From Eledone cirrhosa (lineage: Eukaryota): 64,000 nucleotides of DNA. The notes beneath the pieces were generated by a model. The model did not search any database. It saw only the letters and a program-made list of their open reading frames with translations, and was not told the DNA's origin. Shown here piece after piece: positions 25,476-39,037 of the stretch. A program made the position numbers and the translations under genes. The number at the start of each line of letters is the position of its first letter. The stretch's first letter is position 1. The DNA lies in the NCBI GenBank assembly GCA_964016885.1, contig OZ024743.1, positions 294,252,001 through 294,316,000 of the forward strand, given 5' to 3'.

Positions 25476-25657
25476 ACATACATGTAAACACATATTTGTA
25501 TACATTCATGCATGTATTTGTATGTGTATTTGTGTTTCCAACTAAAAGACTAATTCTATGTAGTCAAATACGGCGTAAACTCAGGTTACCTAATTTTCAA
25601 TTTCGCTATATAGTGACGAAACATAAGTCAATTGCATGAACTCATAATCCTTTATTT

Positions 25658-25713
25658 ACTGCTATATATATTTCGATGATAGCCATTGAATGGTTATGCC
25701 CTCATCAGGCAGT
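25658..25713 (-). ncRNA. Type I hammerhead, family C relative (canonical)
   Basis: Minus strand: ACTGC CTGATGA GGGCATAACCA-ttcaa-TGGCTATCATC GAAA TATATA TA GCAGT. Confidence 0.75.
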
Positions 25714-26295
25714 TAGTCAGTTCTTAGATATGCCAGCTCTGTGTTTATAGTGTTTATGGTATCAGAGCCTTGGGACATATGAGCTTGTTAGGAATAATTT
25801 AATGTTGTCAGCAGGAATAGTCTTAATTCTCATTGGTCAGTTTGTAGATGCTAGTAGGGTTGGTATTTGACCTCAAAGAGGCAGGTGGTGTTGTAAAGTT
25901 CAAACCGTCAGGCAAGATAACAATAGTTCCATATGACTGATTTTCACAAAAAGCATTCCTGGTCAGATATATATTCAATTAAGGTTAAAAGCATGAAATA
26001 GATACTACAGGTCATTCTTAAATTGAGGAATTTATGCCGAGTGGTGCTACAGAAAATTATGGTTAGAGTAGAAAATTTACAAATAAAAAGACTTATGTAG
26101 ATTGGCTTGCACATACACTCACACCCACCTCCCCAGACACACACAGACATCCACACATAAAAATTGAGGAATTAATGTGGGGTGATAATACTTAAAATAA
26201 TGGTTAGAGTCAAATACTTAGATAGTTTAGAAAATTTTGAAATAAAAAGATCTATGTTGGTTGACTTGTACATACAATCACACCTACCCCCTCAG

Positions 26296-26410
<115 letters not shown>

Positions 26411-26479
26411 GGTTTGGAGGTTCACCACTGGATAGAGCTGTTCAATTCCGTATGGTTAATCTTAATGTAATGATTTGCA

Positions 26480-27437
26480 TGGGCTGGCTGGGGTCTGCAG
26501 CCGCCACATGCTGTCTGACTGCTAAACAAGGACATATCTTTTACTGTACATCCCACTAAGATAACTTATAGAGGATCTCTATAATACAATTATAGTTTCT
26601 TCATAAAAGACTCTCTCTTTAACTAAACTTCGCCACCCAACACCTTAAAACATTTTAAACCGTTTAATTTTCAATTTTCTAATTTTCTAATTGTTTAATT
26701 CTCAATTTTTCTAACTCTTTATAATGTTAATCTTTAATTTTTTACTTCATCCTATAAATCTGAACAATAATTTAACGTTCCAATTTTCTCTCGGACTGTT
26801 GGGTTGGTTTTCTTGGCTGCGGGACCGGCCTCCTGGCGCATAGTGCTTGAGTGCTTGGAAAAGTAAATTTCCCCTTCTTTCGGTAAATTAAACTACTCGG
26901 AGCGGGTTGATTCCCCCCAGGGGCCCGGCGCGCAGCCAGTTTTTTGACCACCATAAGGAACCTTTAAATTGTAGACCTAATCATAAGTATTAGAGGTATC
27001 ACGCCTTCCTCTACTTAAACAAATCCCCCTCCTGGGTAAATTAATAGTACTGGTTTGGTACAAAGATGGCCTAAAGATGAGGGCTGACTTCCTAATGGCG
27101 CACCTGAAGCCTGTTATACATTCCTAGAGGGCTTGCAAAAAATGGATTTCCATATCTTTCGCTAGGCGATCTCACTCGGAAGCGCTGACACGCGTTTAGG
27201 ATGGGCCGGCCGGATCCTGCAGTCGCCGCATGCTGTTTGACTGCTAAACAAAGACATAATCTTTACTCTATAATACAATTTAAGTTTCTTCATAAAAGAC
27301 TCTTTCTTTACTTAAACCTCGAAACCAAAACCTTAAAAATTTTAAACTGTTTAATTTTCAATTTTCTAATTTCTTTAATTTTATAATGTTAATATTAAAT
27401 ATAATGTTAATATAAATCTAAACAAAAATTAACGTTC
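26480..27437. repeat. Diverged ~240-300 bp direct repeat pair
   Basis: 26480-26780 resembles 27201-27437. Both start GGGC.GGC.GG.TC.TGCAG.CGCC.CATGCTGT.TGACTGCTAAACAA and end TTAACGTTC. Confidence 0.75.
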
Positions 27438-27897
27438 AATCTTCTGCTCACACATTATAACATGCAGACCCCCACTATATTTACCTCTGTTTTAATGTAT
27501 ACCTCTGTTAAGATACGGGTCCTTTAGAATAATTTTTTTTCGCGCCATTCCTGACTAGCTTGACATTAGTACGGACTTTTCTTCCTCTTTCTTTCTGTCT
27601 TTCTTCTTCTAGCTCGACATTAACGCTGACTTTTATTCTTCTTCCTTTTCTTCCCCCTTCTTTCTGTCTTTTTTCTTGTAGCATGATATTAACGCTGACT
27701 TATCTTCCTCTCCCTTTCTGTTTTTCTTATAGCACACTATAAGCTTTATCCCCCTCACCAGATAGCCTCAAGTAGACCGAAGAGCCAGCACTTGAGGGCG
27801 ACCGGCTAAAGTGGAAGATGCTACATGGTCGATCGTCCTCCGGTCTCTGATTTGCAGCCCAGGATTTTATCTATTACATTCATTTATTATATTTCGA

Positions 27898-27953
27898 ATA
27901 CCTGATGATATCACCGGATTCATACGGAACCCGGTCATTGAAACGAATAGTAT
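27898..27953 (+). ncRNA. Type I hammerhead (stem III degenerate)
   Basis: ATAC CTGATGA TATCACCGGATTC-atacg-GAACCCGGTCATT GAAA CGAA TA GTAT. Confidence 0.6.
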
Positions 27954-27999
27954 AATAAACCTTTCAAGGATTTACACAAGTTCAGCCTTCTGTCATTTT

Positions 28000-28524
<525 letters not shown>

Positions 28525-28600
28525 CTGGTTAGGTTATATAACTTCTAATTGAATGGAAGGAAGCATGGTTGATGTGTTGGTGTAATGTGTTGGTGTAATT

Positions 28601-28672
28601 GAATGCGACCATTTCTGTTGGAAGCTCCCGGATAGTCCTATCCGGGAGCTTCCAACAGAAATGGTCGCATTC
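28601..28672. repeat. Perfect palindrome, 35 bp arms, 2 nt spacer
   Basis: GAATGCGACCATTTCTGTTGGAAGCTCCCGGATAG-tc-CTATCCGGGAGCTTCCAACAGAAATGGTCGCATTC. Confidence 0.95.
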
Positions 28673-28716
28673 TTTAAGGGTATGTCAATATTTATTTATA
28701 AAACTGATCTATATTA

Positions 28717-28781
28717 TATTTTATCTGATGAAAGCACACCATAATTTAACTTGGTGTCCTTGAAATATGTATAATGAAATA
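28717..28781 (+). ncRNA. Type I hammerhead, family A
   Basis: TATTTTAT CTGATGA AAGCACACCA...TGGTGTCCTT GAAA TATGTA TA ATGAAATA. Confidence 0.8.
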
Positions 28782-28910
28782 AATATGGTTTTATTAATAT
28801 AGTTTCCATTTGTTAATATATCGTATTTTTACTCCAATAATTTGTTGAGTGCTTTATATCAGTTATAAAAATATTTGCTTGTTGTATCCCAATAATTTAA
28901 ATAGAACTTC

Positions 28911-29087
<177 letters not shown>

Positions 29088-30924
29088 TGTGTGTGAATGT
29101 GTATAATATAAGATATCTGCAAAGACTAATATATTAATATTAATATGATAATCGTTAGTATAATCCTATATTCTCTCCAGTCATCGTAAGATCTGGTAGA
29201 CAGCATTAGACTACGCTTTACTGACGAGGTGAAATATGATTGAAGCATACGGATTTGTTCACGTACAGCTAAAGGACAGACCCTTTAGCAATATCACGCT
29301 ATCTTTGATTAATTTAATTTAATTGAAATTTCGTTGTTTTCACTGATGCCTTTCTTAACCAGTTAGATTATTTTATATGCGTGCGTAATTATAATAAATT
29401 AACATTTTTTTACTTAATTATATTTGGTATTATTGTGTCCACTTTATATATACATGCATTCATTAATGCGGTTGTAAAAAATGTGGGACGTAATCATAGC
29501 CGAATAGTTACATTTGATTCTGCATCATATATTTCTGTTTCCATCACACAATGTGATACACAGAGCAAGTGTTGTCTACCATGGACACGGGTTTATTCAA
29601 ACATGTGAGAAAACTTGGACAGAAACGGAACTGGACCTGTAAAGCAATGGTTTGTCTCTTAGAGCTACAAATATTAGTGGATCACTCAGCCACTTACAAT
29701 ATAGCTGATAATTATTTAGCCCAAAGATCGTACTGGTTAAGATGAACTATGATAAAATGCATTCTATGCGAGAATATGCTATTTAATTATTCTAGGCAGA
29801 GTGTACTCTGGAGTTTGCGCGTTCATTTCGAAAGTAGTAGGATATAATTTTCATGAGGGATGGCAGGTAAATTTTACAGGTCAAGTGATCATGTAGAATC
29901 TCCTACGTTTTCTTAAATTACACTTCATTATAATGATTAGACAGTACTGTTAGTTGAACAAGTGAAACAGTCAAAGCCAGCCAAAATGCGTTTTCAATAG
30001 CCCGCGTCTTAGTGGTTTAAAATAGTGCAATTTTGAACGCACGCAGCTGGAAAATAGCTTTTTTTTTAGTAGTTGTAAACTTTTGACATCCTATTCCACA
30101 TCACCTAATGTAAAGGATGACATGGTAACCATTTCCACTATCACTCCGTTACTCAGTTATCCAAAATGGCTGAGAAACTGACTGTATGCTTCCACTAAAG
30201 TTGACATATATTGGTACTTTAATATGAGAAAAGAGTTTCAGTCATTGAACTGCAGTCAGTCTGGAACACTTCTTTCAATGGTTTAGACAGTTATATCGAA
30301 TTCAGTGTATTTACCTTATTCGTCGAATTGCTTACGTTACAGTTTATAAACAATGCAGCATAGATGTCAACTCAGATACACACACATACACACAAACACT
30401 AACCCACACGCACACAGACATGCATGCATACATAAGACCAAACGCACACACACACAAACCTATATATATACATGCTTGTATTATGGATTCGTGTAATAAA
30501 CACACTAAATAAGTTCTGAATGAAGGATTGGAAGAAACAATTGTCAGTAATTAAATGTTCTAACATAGCTTTGATTCTTGTGTATTCTATAATACTGCTC
30601 TGTATAACAAATGTTGTTCTTACATTGAGCTATTTATCTTACTGGTAATAAGGTAGTAATAAATTACTGACCTTTCCTGTTTATAGCTATATATAGAATA
30701 ATATATACATAACTATAAATAGTATCCTTAATATTATATATATATATATTCATTTTTAGATTTAATAGAATGAATATTTAAACTCTATTTCAGTATTGAC
30801 TACTATTTTGTCTCAACCGTCAACTACACACACACACTCACATACACACACACACTCACATGCACACACACACTCTCTCTCACACACATACACACACACA
30901 CATATATATATATACATATATATA

Positions 30925-31079
30925 AAATGAAGGAGGTGTGGTAAGGAACCAGATGGACCATGACGCACCAGAGTTCTCAATACTTACGGTAGTAGAGTGG
31001 GTAATAGGAAAATGTTTAACCCCGACGGCAGAGCTCAAGCCGTCGAAACGGCTTGAGCTTTGCCGTCGGGGTTAAACAT

Positions 31080-31084
<5 letters not shown>
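30925..31084. mobile_element. Family E fold-back element, shortest form
   Basis: Tail plus hairpin GAAAATGTTTAACCCCGACGGCAGAGCTCAAGCCGT-cgaa-ACGGCTTGAGCTTTGCCGTCGGGGTTAAACATTTTC. Confidence 0.85.
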
Positions 31085-31147
<63 letters not shown>

Positions 31148-32059
31148 CGGGCTTTCTCACAGTTTACATCTACCAAATGATGTTCACGAGGCATTCTTTA
31201 ACCCGAGAATACACTAGAAAAAACTTGCAGGTGTAAAAGAAAGGAGACAGACCCGAATTGAATTGGTTACGAGGTGATTTTCTAAACAACCTGGCCATGT
31301 CTACGCCTATATATTTAGAGTTATGTTATCAAACGAAGCCTAGGGCGACATTAACCTTGTTGATAGAACTTTCACCCAATTACTAGTTAATTGATTTAGA
31401 TAGACTATGTGTAATCTATGTCTGAAAACTGTCCTTGCTAATTACAAGTCATTTCAGCTTCTTTGAAGAAATTTTTAGATTAGATTGAATGTTCTTTCAA
31501 AGTCTTCAACGTCCGCTTCAGATCTGGTTTAACTAAAATACCTATAGATACGATTATCTATCTGTTTAAAAGTAAATACATTTATAAATAACCATTTATG
31601 CCTGTATGTCAGTCTGTCGCTGTCTGTATGTATGTACACGTGTATATTTGTGTGTATGTATTTATATAAATATATGTATATAAACGTACGTATGTATATA
31701 TCTATGTATGTGTATGACTGTATGTATGTATATGATTATATAATTAAATGTATGTGTGTTTATTTAGTGTTTGATTTTGTTTTAGCCATCAGGGCAAAGG
31801 TCATGTTGATGAATGTAGGTATATGTATGAATGTGAATGTATTTAAATGTGTGTATGCACTCTCGTATATATACCTGTATATATTTATGTGTCTATCTAT
31901 TTGTATGCACGCATACACACAACATTTGCTCTATTCCAACCCCACGCATCACGTACTTATGTCGGCAATTACCAAATATGAGAAAATATAGAAACATTTA
32001 ATGATAGAAAAAAATCGAAATGATCTGTGCAAAAATAAATAAATAAATAAATATTATTA

Positions 32060-32091
32060 TGCTGCTTCTACTGCTGCTGCTGCTGCTGCTA

Positions 32092-32123
<32 letters not shown>

Positions 32124-32173
32124 ACTACTACTGCTGCTGCTGCTACTACTACTACTACTACTACTACTACTAT

Positions 32174-32235
<62 letters not shown>

Positions 32236-32236
32236 T

Positions 32237-32301
<65 letters not shown>

Positions 32302-32325
32302 ATAATAATAATAATAATAATAATT
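32060..32325 (+). repeat. (CTG/CTA)n then (ATA)n microsatellite
   Basis: Direct reading. Confidence 0.97.
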
Positions 32326-32707
32326 ATGATAGTGATGGTGGTGGTGATTATGATGATGGTGGTGAGGATGATGGTGTTGATGATAATGATAACAATTATA
32401 GGAAGATAGGAAGACGAGAGAAAGTGTTAAGATCTACTTCCAAATCACCTGAAGCAGTGTCAACAGACATCGTGAACTTTTCAAAACATCATTGTCTGTT
32501 CAGTGAAAATATGATAATTTAATCAAGGACATTATTTTTCTATTTTCTAATCGCTAAATAGAAAGGAGAAAAACAAGAAACACATGAGTTAAGAAGATGG
32601 GGTTCAAAAAACTGCCTCTAGCTAATAACGGTAGGAAGCAAATTGCAAATTACTGTTACAATTCTTTAAGTTTTTTCATCAGTTGGACCTTATAAAGTAA
32701 AAACGTA

Positions 32708-32925
32708 GAAAGAAAAAAGAAAAAAGAAATAAGAAAAAAGAAAAAAAGAAAAAAGAAAAAAGAAAAAAGAAAAAAGAAAAAAGAAAAAAGAAAAAAGAAA
32801 AAAGAAAAAAGAAAAAAGAAAAAAGAAAAAAGAAAAAAGAAAAAAGAAAAAAGTAAAAAGAAAAAAGAAAAAAAAGAAAAAAAGAAAAAAAGAAAAAAAG
32901 AAAAAAAGAAAAAAAAAAGAAAAAA
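32708..32925 (+). repeat. (GAAAAAA)n simple repeat
   Basis: Direct reading. Confidence 0.95.
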
Positions 32926-33058
32926 TGAAGAAGAGAGGGAACCAATAGCCTATAACGAACCTGAAAACCAGACTGATGTGTATATTTGCTGTGTATTGAA
33001 GCGGGAAATTTAATCTTAGGTTTATCAATATTAGTTTATTTTGCTTCTTTAACTTCTA

Positions 33059-33204
<146 letters not shown>

Positions 33205-34181
33205 ATTATCCCCCTCATTTTCCCTCTCTTGATCCGTTGTTATTTCTTCGATTTCTCTCTTGTTACTCTGTGTTTATTCACATTAACCTATATTATTAAC
33301 TCATTTTATAATCGTAGAAGCGAGACACAAAGCTCACGATGAGTCAAGACCGTGATTCCGCTTTGATTCATCAGCGGCGCAAGTTTGCTTTTTTACATTG
33401 CTAATTTACACATGTTAATGCTTCACCGTTTTAAAACACAACTCAAGCCTGACTCTACTTTGTGTCATTAAAATACATTTTTTTCTTTTTTTTTTTAATA
33501 TATATATCAAAATGAAAATCCGAAGGCAAGGTAAAATTCCAATCATTTAATCACGACACATGTTTCAATAAGAGATAGATCGATTGTGAAGCAATGATCG
33601 ATTATCACTGATGTCATCAGGTGAAAATGAATTGTCTTCAAATTCTTGATATGAGTGAGAAAAAATAACGATGTTCTCTCACAGAATTCATTCCCTCATA
33701 TGGAGACACACCAGTCAGTCAGAGACATGGCGACTGTTATTAGCTTTAGTTGAGGTCATAAAAATTTTCAGATTTCTATCGCTGCAAAAGACGCTGGACA
33801 TCAATCAAATCTGTAGGGATACAGTCAGTCACAGTTAAAAAGTGAGTGGGTACACATACACTGCACACCTACACACATCGGCTCGAGGTCAAAGAAAAAT
33901 ATATACATATATATACACACATCAACACAGTATTAAACCAGTAGAATTAGCGTGGGTGGGTACACACACACTTTCACACATACCGAAGCGATGTCCGAGA
34001 AAAAATTAAAACAAATTTAATAAAACAAATATAAGAATGTACCAACACAGCACTCACCGAAAGTTAGTTCACAAAGCAACAGAAGCTATGTCGGTCAAAT
34101 CTCAATTTGACGATGTAAATCTGAAATATTGGGTTAACCAACGCTACACACATACACACACACACACACGCACGCGCGCGC

Positions 34182-37100
34182 AAGTAAGTTCAGTTCAGTG
34201 TTCGGCTATACGTGTATAGATCGAATTGTAACATCCACATCTTCAAGTGTGTGTTATGGTATATACACATCCGAACCGTCCAAAAAAAAGGGGGGGGGGG
34301 TATGTCCGGGTATATACACATCCATGTGAAGAGCAAGCAATCAGCTCATGTCGAACTCCATGTGTACCGCTGTCCCGTTGAGAATCCGTGTCACCAAATC
34401 CGTGCGTGCAAGCAACTGCAATGTGGGCCGGCAAAGGGCTCCGTGTAGGGTTGGGTATTAGGTAAATGCGTCCGCAAGAGCAAATTCCCGTCACATGGGC
34501 CAATGCGCTTTTAAGATAGTTGTTTGAGTGCTGGAGGTGTGTTATCCAACACAGAAGGTGAAATAAGAAAACACAGGACAGTAAAATTCAAAGGATGGGT
34601 GTAGGCCCATTAATGGTGTGTCAGTATTATTATTCAATCCGTAACAGTGAGTCCTCCATGGTTAGATGATCACGCATCAAAACCTGGTGTAGTGTTCAGT
34701 CGGTAGGAACGTGACAGTCGTAATTGTGGGAGCTCAATGTCTAAAGGAAACGGATACTGTGTGTAGAGCTATGTATAGAGAGCGTAATCGGTCCTAACTA
34801 AATGTGTAATCAATCTAACTTTTTACTAGCTAGGTATACTAAAAGAGAGCACTCAGCTGTGAGAACTCCGTGGAAACAGGCCGAGTATCGTTTGCAAGTG
34901 CGCAAACAATCCTAGCCGTCTAACTAGCTAAGTGTGTGACTGTCCGTTTATTGAAAGGACTCTATGGCTAAAGTAGGGAGGGAAGTGTTATTGGTAGGTT
35001 ACCTACCAAAAATCCCGCGGAAGGTTTTCGAGGTTCTATGTTGACAGTTGCTGAAAAAATCTGCCCTTCTATTAGTTAATAGGGGGCCGCATTTAATAAT
35101 ATTAAAAGTTTCAGCTATACATAAATTGCAGACGCCAGTGCTGCCGTTATAAGGTTGGGCTGAGCAAACTATGGACCAGGATAAGGAGTGCTCTATATTC
35201 TGATGTTTAAGCTTCCAGACTAATTCCGAAAGTGCCGTGCTATTTTTTTTATCTAATCTATTAAAGGTATGGCGATGATTATACCATCTATCTTTAAATT
35301 CCGTGGCAGTTGCCCCAACATACCTAAAGGTTCTATCAGGAGTGGAGACCTTACAGTTGTAGACTATGTTTTTGGTAAGGCATTTCCCAGCCATGGGGCA
35401 GGTGGCGTTCCTTCTGCAGTTACATTTTTTGCTATCGATCTGGGTAGTTCCAGATGAACCACGGTACCTTTGGGGGTCGGGTCTCAGTTCCAGTCTGCTC
35501 TATGGGTAAATTCCCTGGGGTTGGGGAGTCCCGACTCGCCTCACGTGTATGAGTGAGTTTCTCAATAGAGCTGCCATTGTTGCTGCTATGCCTAATTACC
35601 TCATTGGCTGTCCTAAGTCTACTATAATTCATCTTAGCTATATTCTGAGCTATGTTACTAGTTGTGGAGTAGGACAGCTTGATGGTATTTCTATTGAATA
35701 TTTTATAATATCCGTGCGATCTAGGGAAGCATTTGTCTAAGGCCTTAAAGAAAAGCTTAGCTATACTAGTGGTCAGGCCAGTGGAGTAAGGGGGATTATA
35801 CCACAGGACTTTTCTGGTCCGATGCCTCTTGTTCCTACTAACTATATTAGAATTACCTGTCTCCCTAGTAGTTACTGGTCTATTGTAACTGGAAATTACC
35901 TGTGGGTCGATGGTGTCCTGGGGTGTCACGATTGTGTTCGGAATCGGCCCAAGTCTACAGGGCGGTGTACCCCCCGTGCGGCCATTGGGGTTACCCTCGA
36001 TAGCTGGGGTTGTATCCACTATGCGTCTGCTACACCTGTCCCTATTCCCTCTACTCGACCCTCGTTCCATACTGCGTTCAAAGGTAGTTTTATCGGTTCC
36101 ACAATTAAGGTTACCATTAGAGTTTCCTCTGGCGTTACGTTGCTCAGACCCAGTGTTAGAATCTGGGTGGCTGATTATATTAGTACCAACAGCACTGGAA
36201 CTAGGCGGCAATACAACATGAAGACTATAAAGACTATATGAATCCTCCCTCGTATCCCACCTGCTGTTAACTAGTGTGTCACTATTTATGCCTAAGCTAT
36301 CGCCGGCAATGTTACTTCTACTATTTAATGGACGTTTGAATGAGATTCCCTCGCTATGCCCTGCACGTTCCAGGGCGCTATTATAGTAATTCGAGATCTT
36401 ATTAAAGGTATCTACATTGGAAGATAGTCCTGAAATTCTACTAGAGACGCTTTTGATAATACCGTTAGTGACTATTCTAGGGTGGTTCGATTTTGCGTTA
36501 ACGTAGCATAGATTTTCGTTAGATTTGTGGTAAGGTTGGAAGAGCCTTGAATTGAGGTTAAGTGTAACATCTAGAAAATTAACTATTTTTAAATTCTCTT
36601 CAAATACTATACTTAGGTCTATGCTCTTGAAGAATTTGCTAAGTTTTTTCCTCACCTTCTCTACCATACTATTATCATGGAACGACACAGTAAACAAGAC
36701 GTCGTCACGGTAAGCGCCGCCTCCAGGGTGGGGCATTTCCGCTCAGAGACAGTCAAGGAGGTAAAGGCCCACCAGATTCGTCACCTGGGCCGAGTCCGTG
36801 GATCCCATGGAGATGTCGAAATTGTCTGGCCAATCCCTCCTAGTCCACAGGTCACCGTTGAATTCAATTAAGGTTATCCTAGCTAGGAGAATAATGCTAA
36901 TTTCCTCAGATGTAAGGTCGGTGGGTAAGCTAGCAAAGTTAAGGGCCTACCTAGAAGAGTTGGAGAGATTGAAGAGTAGTAATTAGAGATATCGAACAGT
37001 ATAAACTTAGTGCTATTCTTATTCTGCGATTTCTCAAAACAGTTTATTACCTCACTAGTTGCTGACCACAACTTGATCTTCGATCTCCTAACTAGAGTGT

Positions 37101-37653
37101 GGATTATTTCATCAAGGATATTTTTACATATGATTCCTATGTCCGACTTCGAAGGGGCTATCAGCCTGACAGGTCTTAGTGTTACGGATTGAACAATCAT
37201 ACTGACACACTATTAATGGGCCTACACACATCCTTTTGATTTTACTGTCCTGTGTTTTCTTACTTCACCTTCTATGTTGGATAACACACCTCCAACACTC
37301 AAACAACTATCTTAAAAGCTCATTGGCCCATGTGACGGGAAATCGCACTTTCGGACGCATTTACCCAATACCCAACCCTACACGGAGCCCTTTGCCGGCC
37401 CACATTGTAGTTGCTTGCACGCACGGATTTGGTGACACGGATTCTCAACGGGACAGCGGTACACAAGGAGTTCGCCATGAGCTGATTGCTTGCTCTTCAC
37501 ATGGATGTGTATATTTTCCACGATCAACGCCCACCCCCATCCCATCTTCTTTTGGACGATTCGGATGTGTATATACCATAACACACACTTGAAGATATGA
37601 ATGTTACAATTCGATCTATACACGTATAGCAGAACACTGAACTGAACTTACTT
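34182..37653 (-). mobile_element. Naiad-type Penelope-like element, 5'-truncated, with ~470 bp inverted terminal copy
   Basis: Minus ORFs 36883-37200 (RLIAPSKSD, LFDISNYY), 35432-36736 (GAYRDD, NFLDVTL, WYNPPYS) and 34999-35394 (preceded by CNCRRNATC; IVY..YVGAT; CNLCIAE). 37181-37653 inverts 34182-34645. Confidence 0.95.
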
Positions 37654-38037
37654 CACGAACCAAAGTATCGTCTTCCTGTTTTCATTCGGTTGCAACATTT
37701 TTCCTAATATTTACATCTTCGTTAACAGATTGATTTTTTTAGTTTCAGAAGATCCCGAAAATTATAGAAGCTGGATTCTTATAGAATTCCAGTAGTAATC
37801 AATAGATGATTATACAGGTTGCCGATTCAGCAAAAATTAGGTATTTGGATTGGTGCTCTGAAATAGCGAAGTATACATGAATGTATGTATAGTATTTTTG
37901 GCAATACACCCTATGTTTAATTAAACACATTTAGAAGACCGTACGCTATCAGTTTTAAAGTAGTGACTATGACATTTACTTTTTTTCGAACATTTGTATA
38001 TATATATATACAAATGCTCGCACACACACATACCAAT

Positions 38038-38612
38038 TAAGAGACATACAACTCGGTAGGGATACTCCCGTCGCTCGACATTTCCGTTCCCTAGGCTACT
38101 CTTCCCTACATCTCTCAGTCCTTGAATTCCAGGCTCGCGCAAAAGGTTTCCCCAATGAATTCAACTCTCCTCCCCAATTTCTTTAATCTTACACACATAC
38201 ACTCATGCTTACTTCTCTACCCCTTGCCACTGCCACCTTTATCCCGTCCATTGTAACACACGCACGCCTACATTCATGCATTAGTTTCCTATAGCTCTGT
38301 TATGGTCAGAAACATACATTCATACAGCTTATACAGACCAACAAAATGTGCACACACACACCTCTATATTTAGAGTTTTCCAAGAGATGACAATATGAGT
38401 GGACCAGCTATTTTTCTCTAAATTTTTTATTTCAATTTCTGGCCTACCTGTCTCCACAATCATTCTATTTCTTCTTTAATTTCTCATTCTATTTTCAGAT
38501 GAAGGACTAGCGTCCGAAACGTTAAAACTATTTTCCTACTTTATCAAGCGTAAAACTAATAATATATTTCTGCATTGTACTTTGTCGCTTGCTTTGTTAT
38601 TTCTGTTTGCTT
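38038..38612 (+). mobile_element. PLE 3' remnant (GIY-YIG C-terminus + pLTR)
   Basis: RDIQLGRDTPVARHFRSLGYSSLHLSVL resembles the PVA.HF motif of PLE endonucleases. HHR at 38492-38527. Confidence 0.65.
38492..38527 (+). ncRNA. Minimal hammerhead, U4A core
   Basis: TTTT CAGATGA AGGAC-tagc-GTCC GAAA CG TT AAAA; palindrome AACGTT. Confidence 0.65.
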
Positions 38613-38621
38613 TCTTTCATA

Positions 38622-38652
<31 letters not shown>

Positions 38653-38733
38653 TACTACCAAATCAACTTTTTAAATGGAAGAAGAAGTTGAAAGGTATGT
38701 CAAATCTATCTATTTATAAGACTGTTTATATTG

Positions 38734-38799
38734 TATTTTGTCTGAAGAAGGCATACCATATTTTTAATGTGATATCCCTGAAATATATATAATGAAATA
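38734..38799 (+). ncRNA. Type I hammerhead, family A
   Basis: TATTTTGT CTGAAGA AGGCATACCAT...GTGATATCCCT GAAA TATATA TA ATGAAATA. Confidence 0.75.
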
Positions 38800-38965
38800 A
38801 ATATGGTTTTATAAATATAGTTTCCATTTATTTAATATCGTAAATATACTCCAAATACTTGTTGAGTGCTTTTATATCAGTTATAAATATTTTCTCGTTG
38901 TAACCCAACAATTTAAATAAAACTTTGCATATATATATATATATATATATATTTGTGTGTGTGTG

Positions 38966-39037
<72 letters not shown>

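Noticed and set aside
33600-33815. Cadherin-like peptide ISIAAKDAG after a TTTTCAG
   Set aside because: Very short, followed by a stop, and no other cadherin motifs in frame.
36743-36745. In-frame TGA in the Naiad RT as possible selenocysteine (some Naiads are selenoproteins)
   Set aside because: It aligns to a non-Cys position (LDCL*AEMP versus INSLHRKIP), consistent with CGA>TGA decay. The conserved Cys of the CxCx5C linker and endonuclease are read as Cys in both elements.
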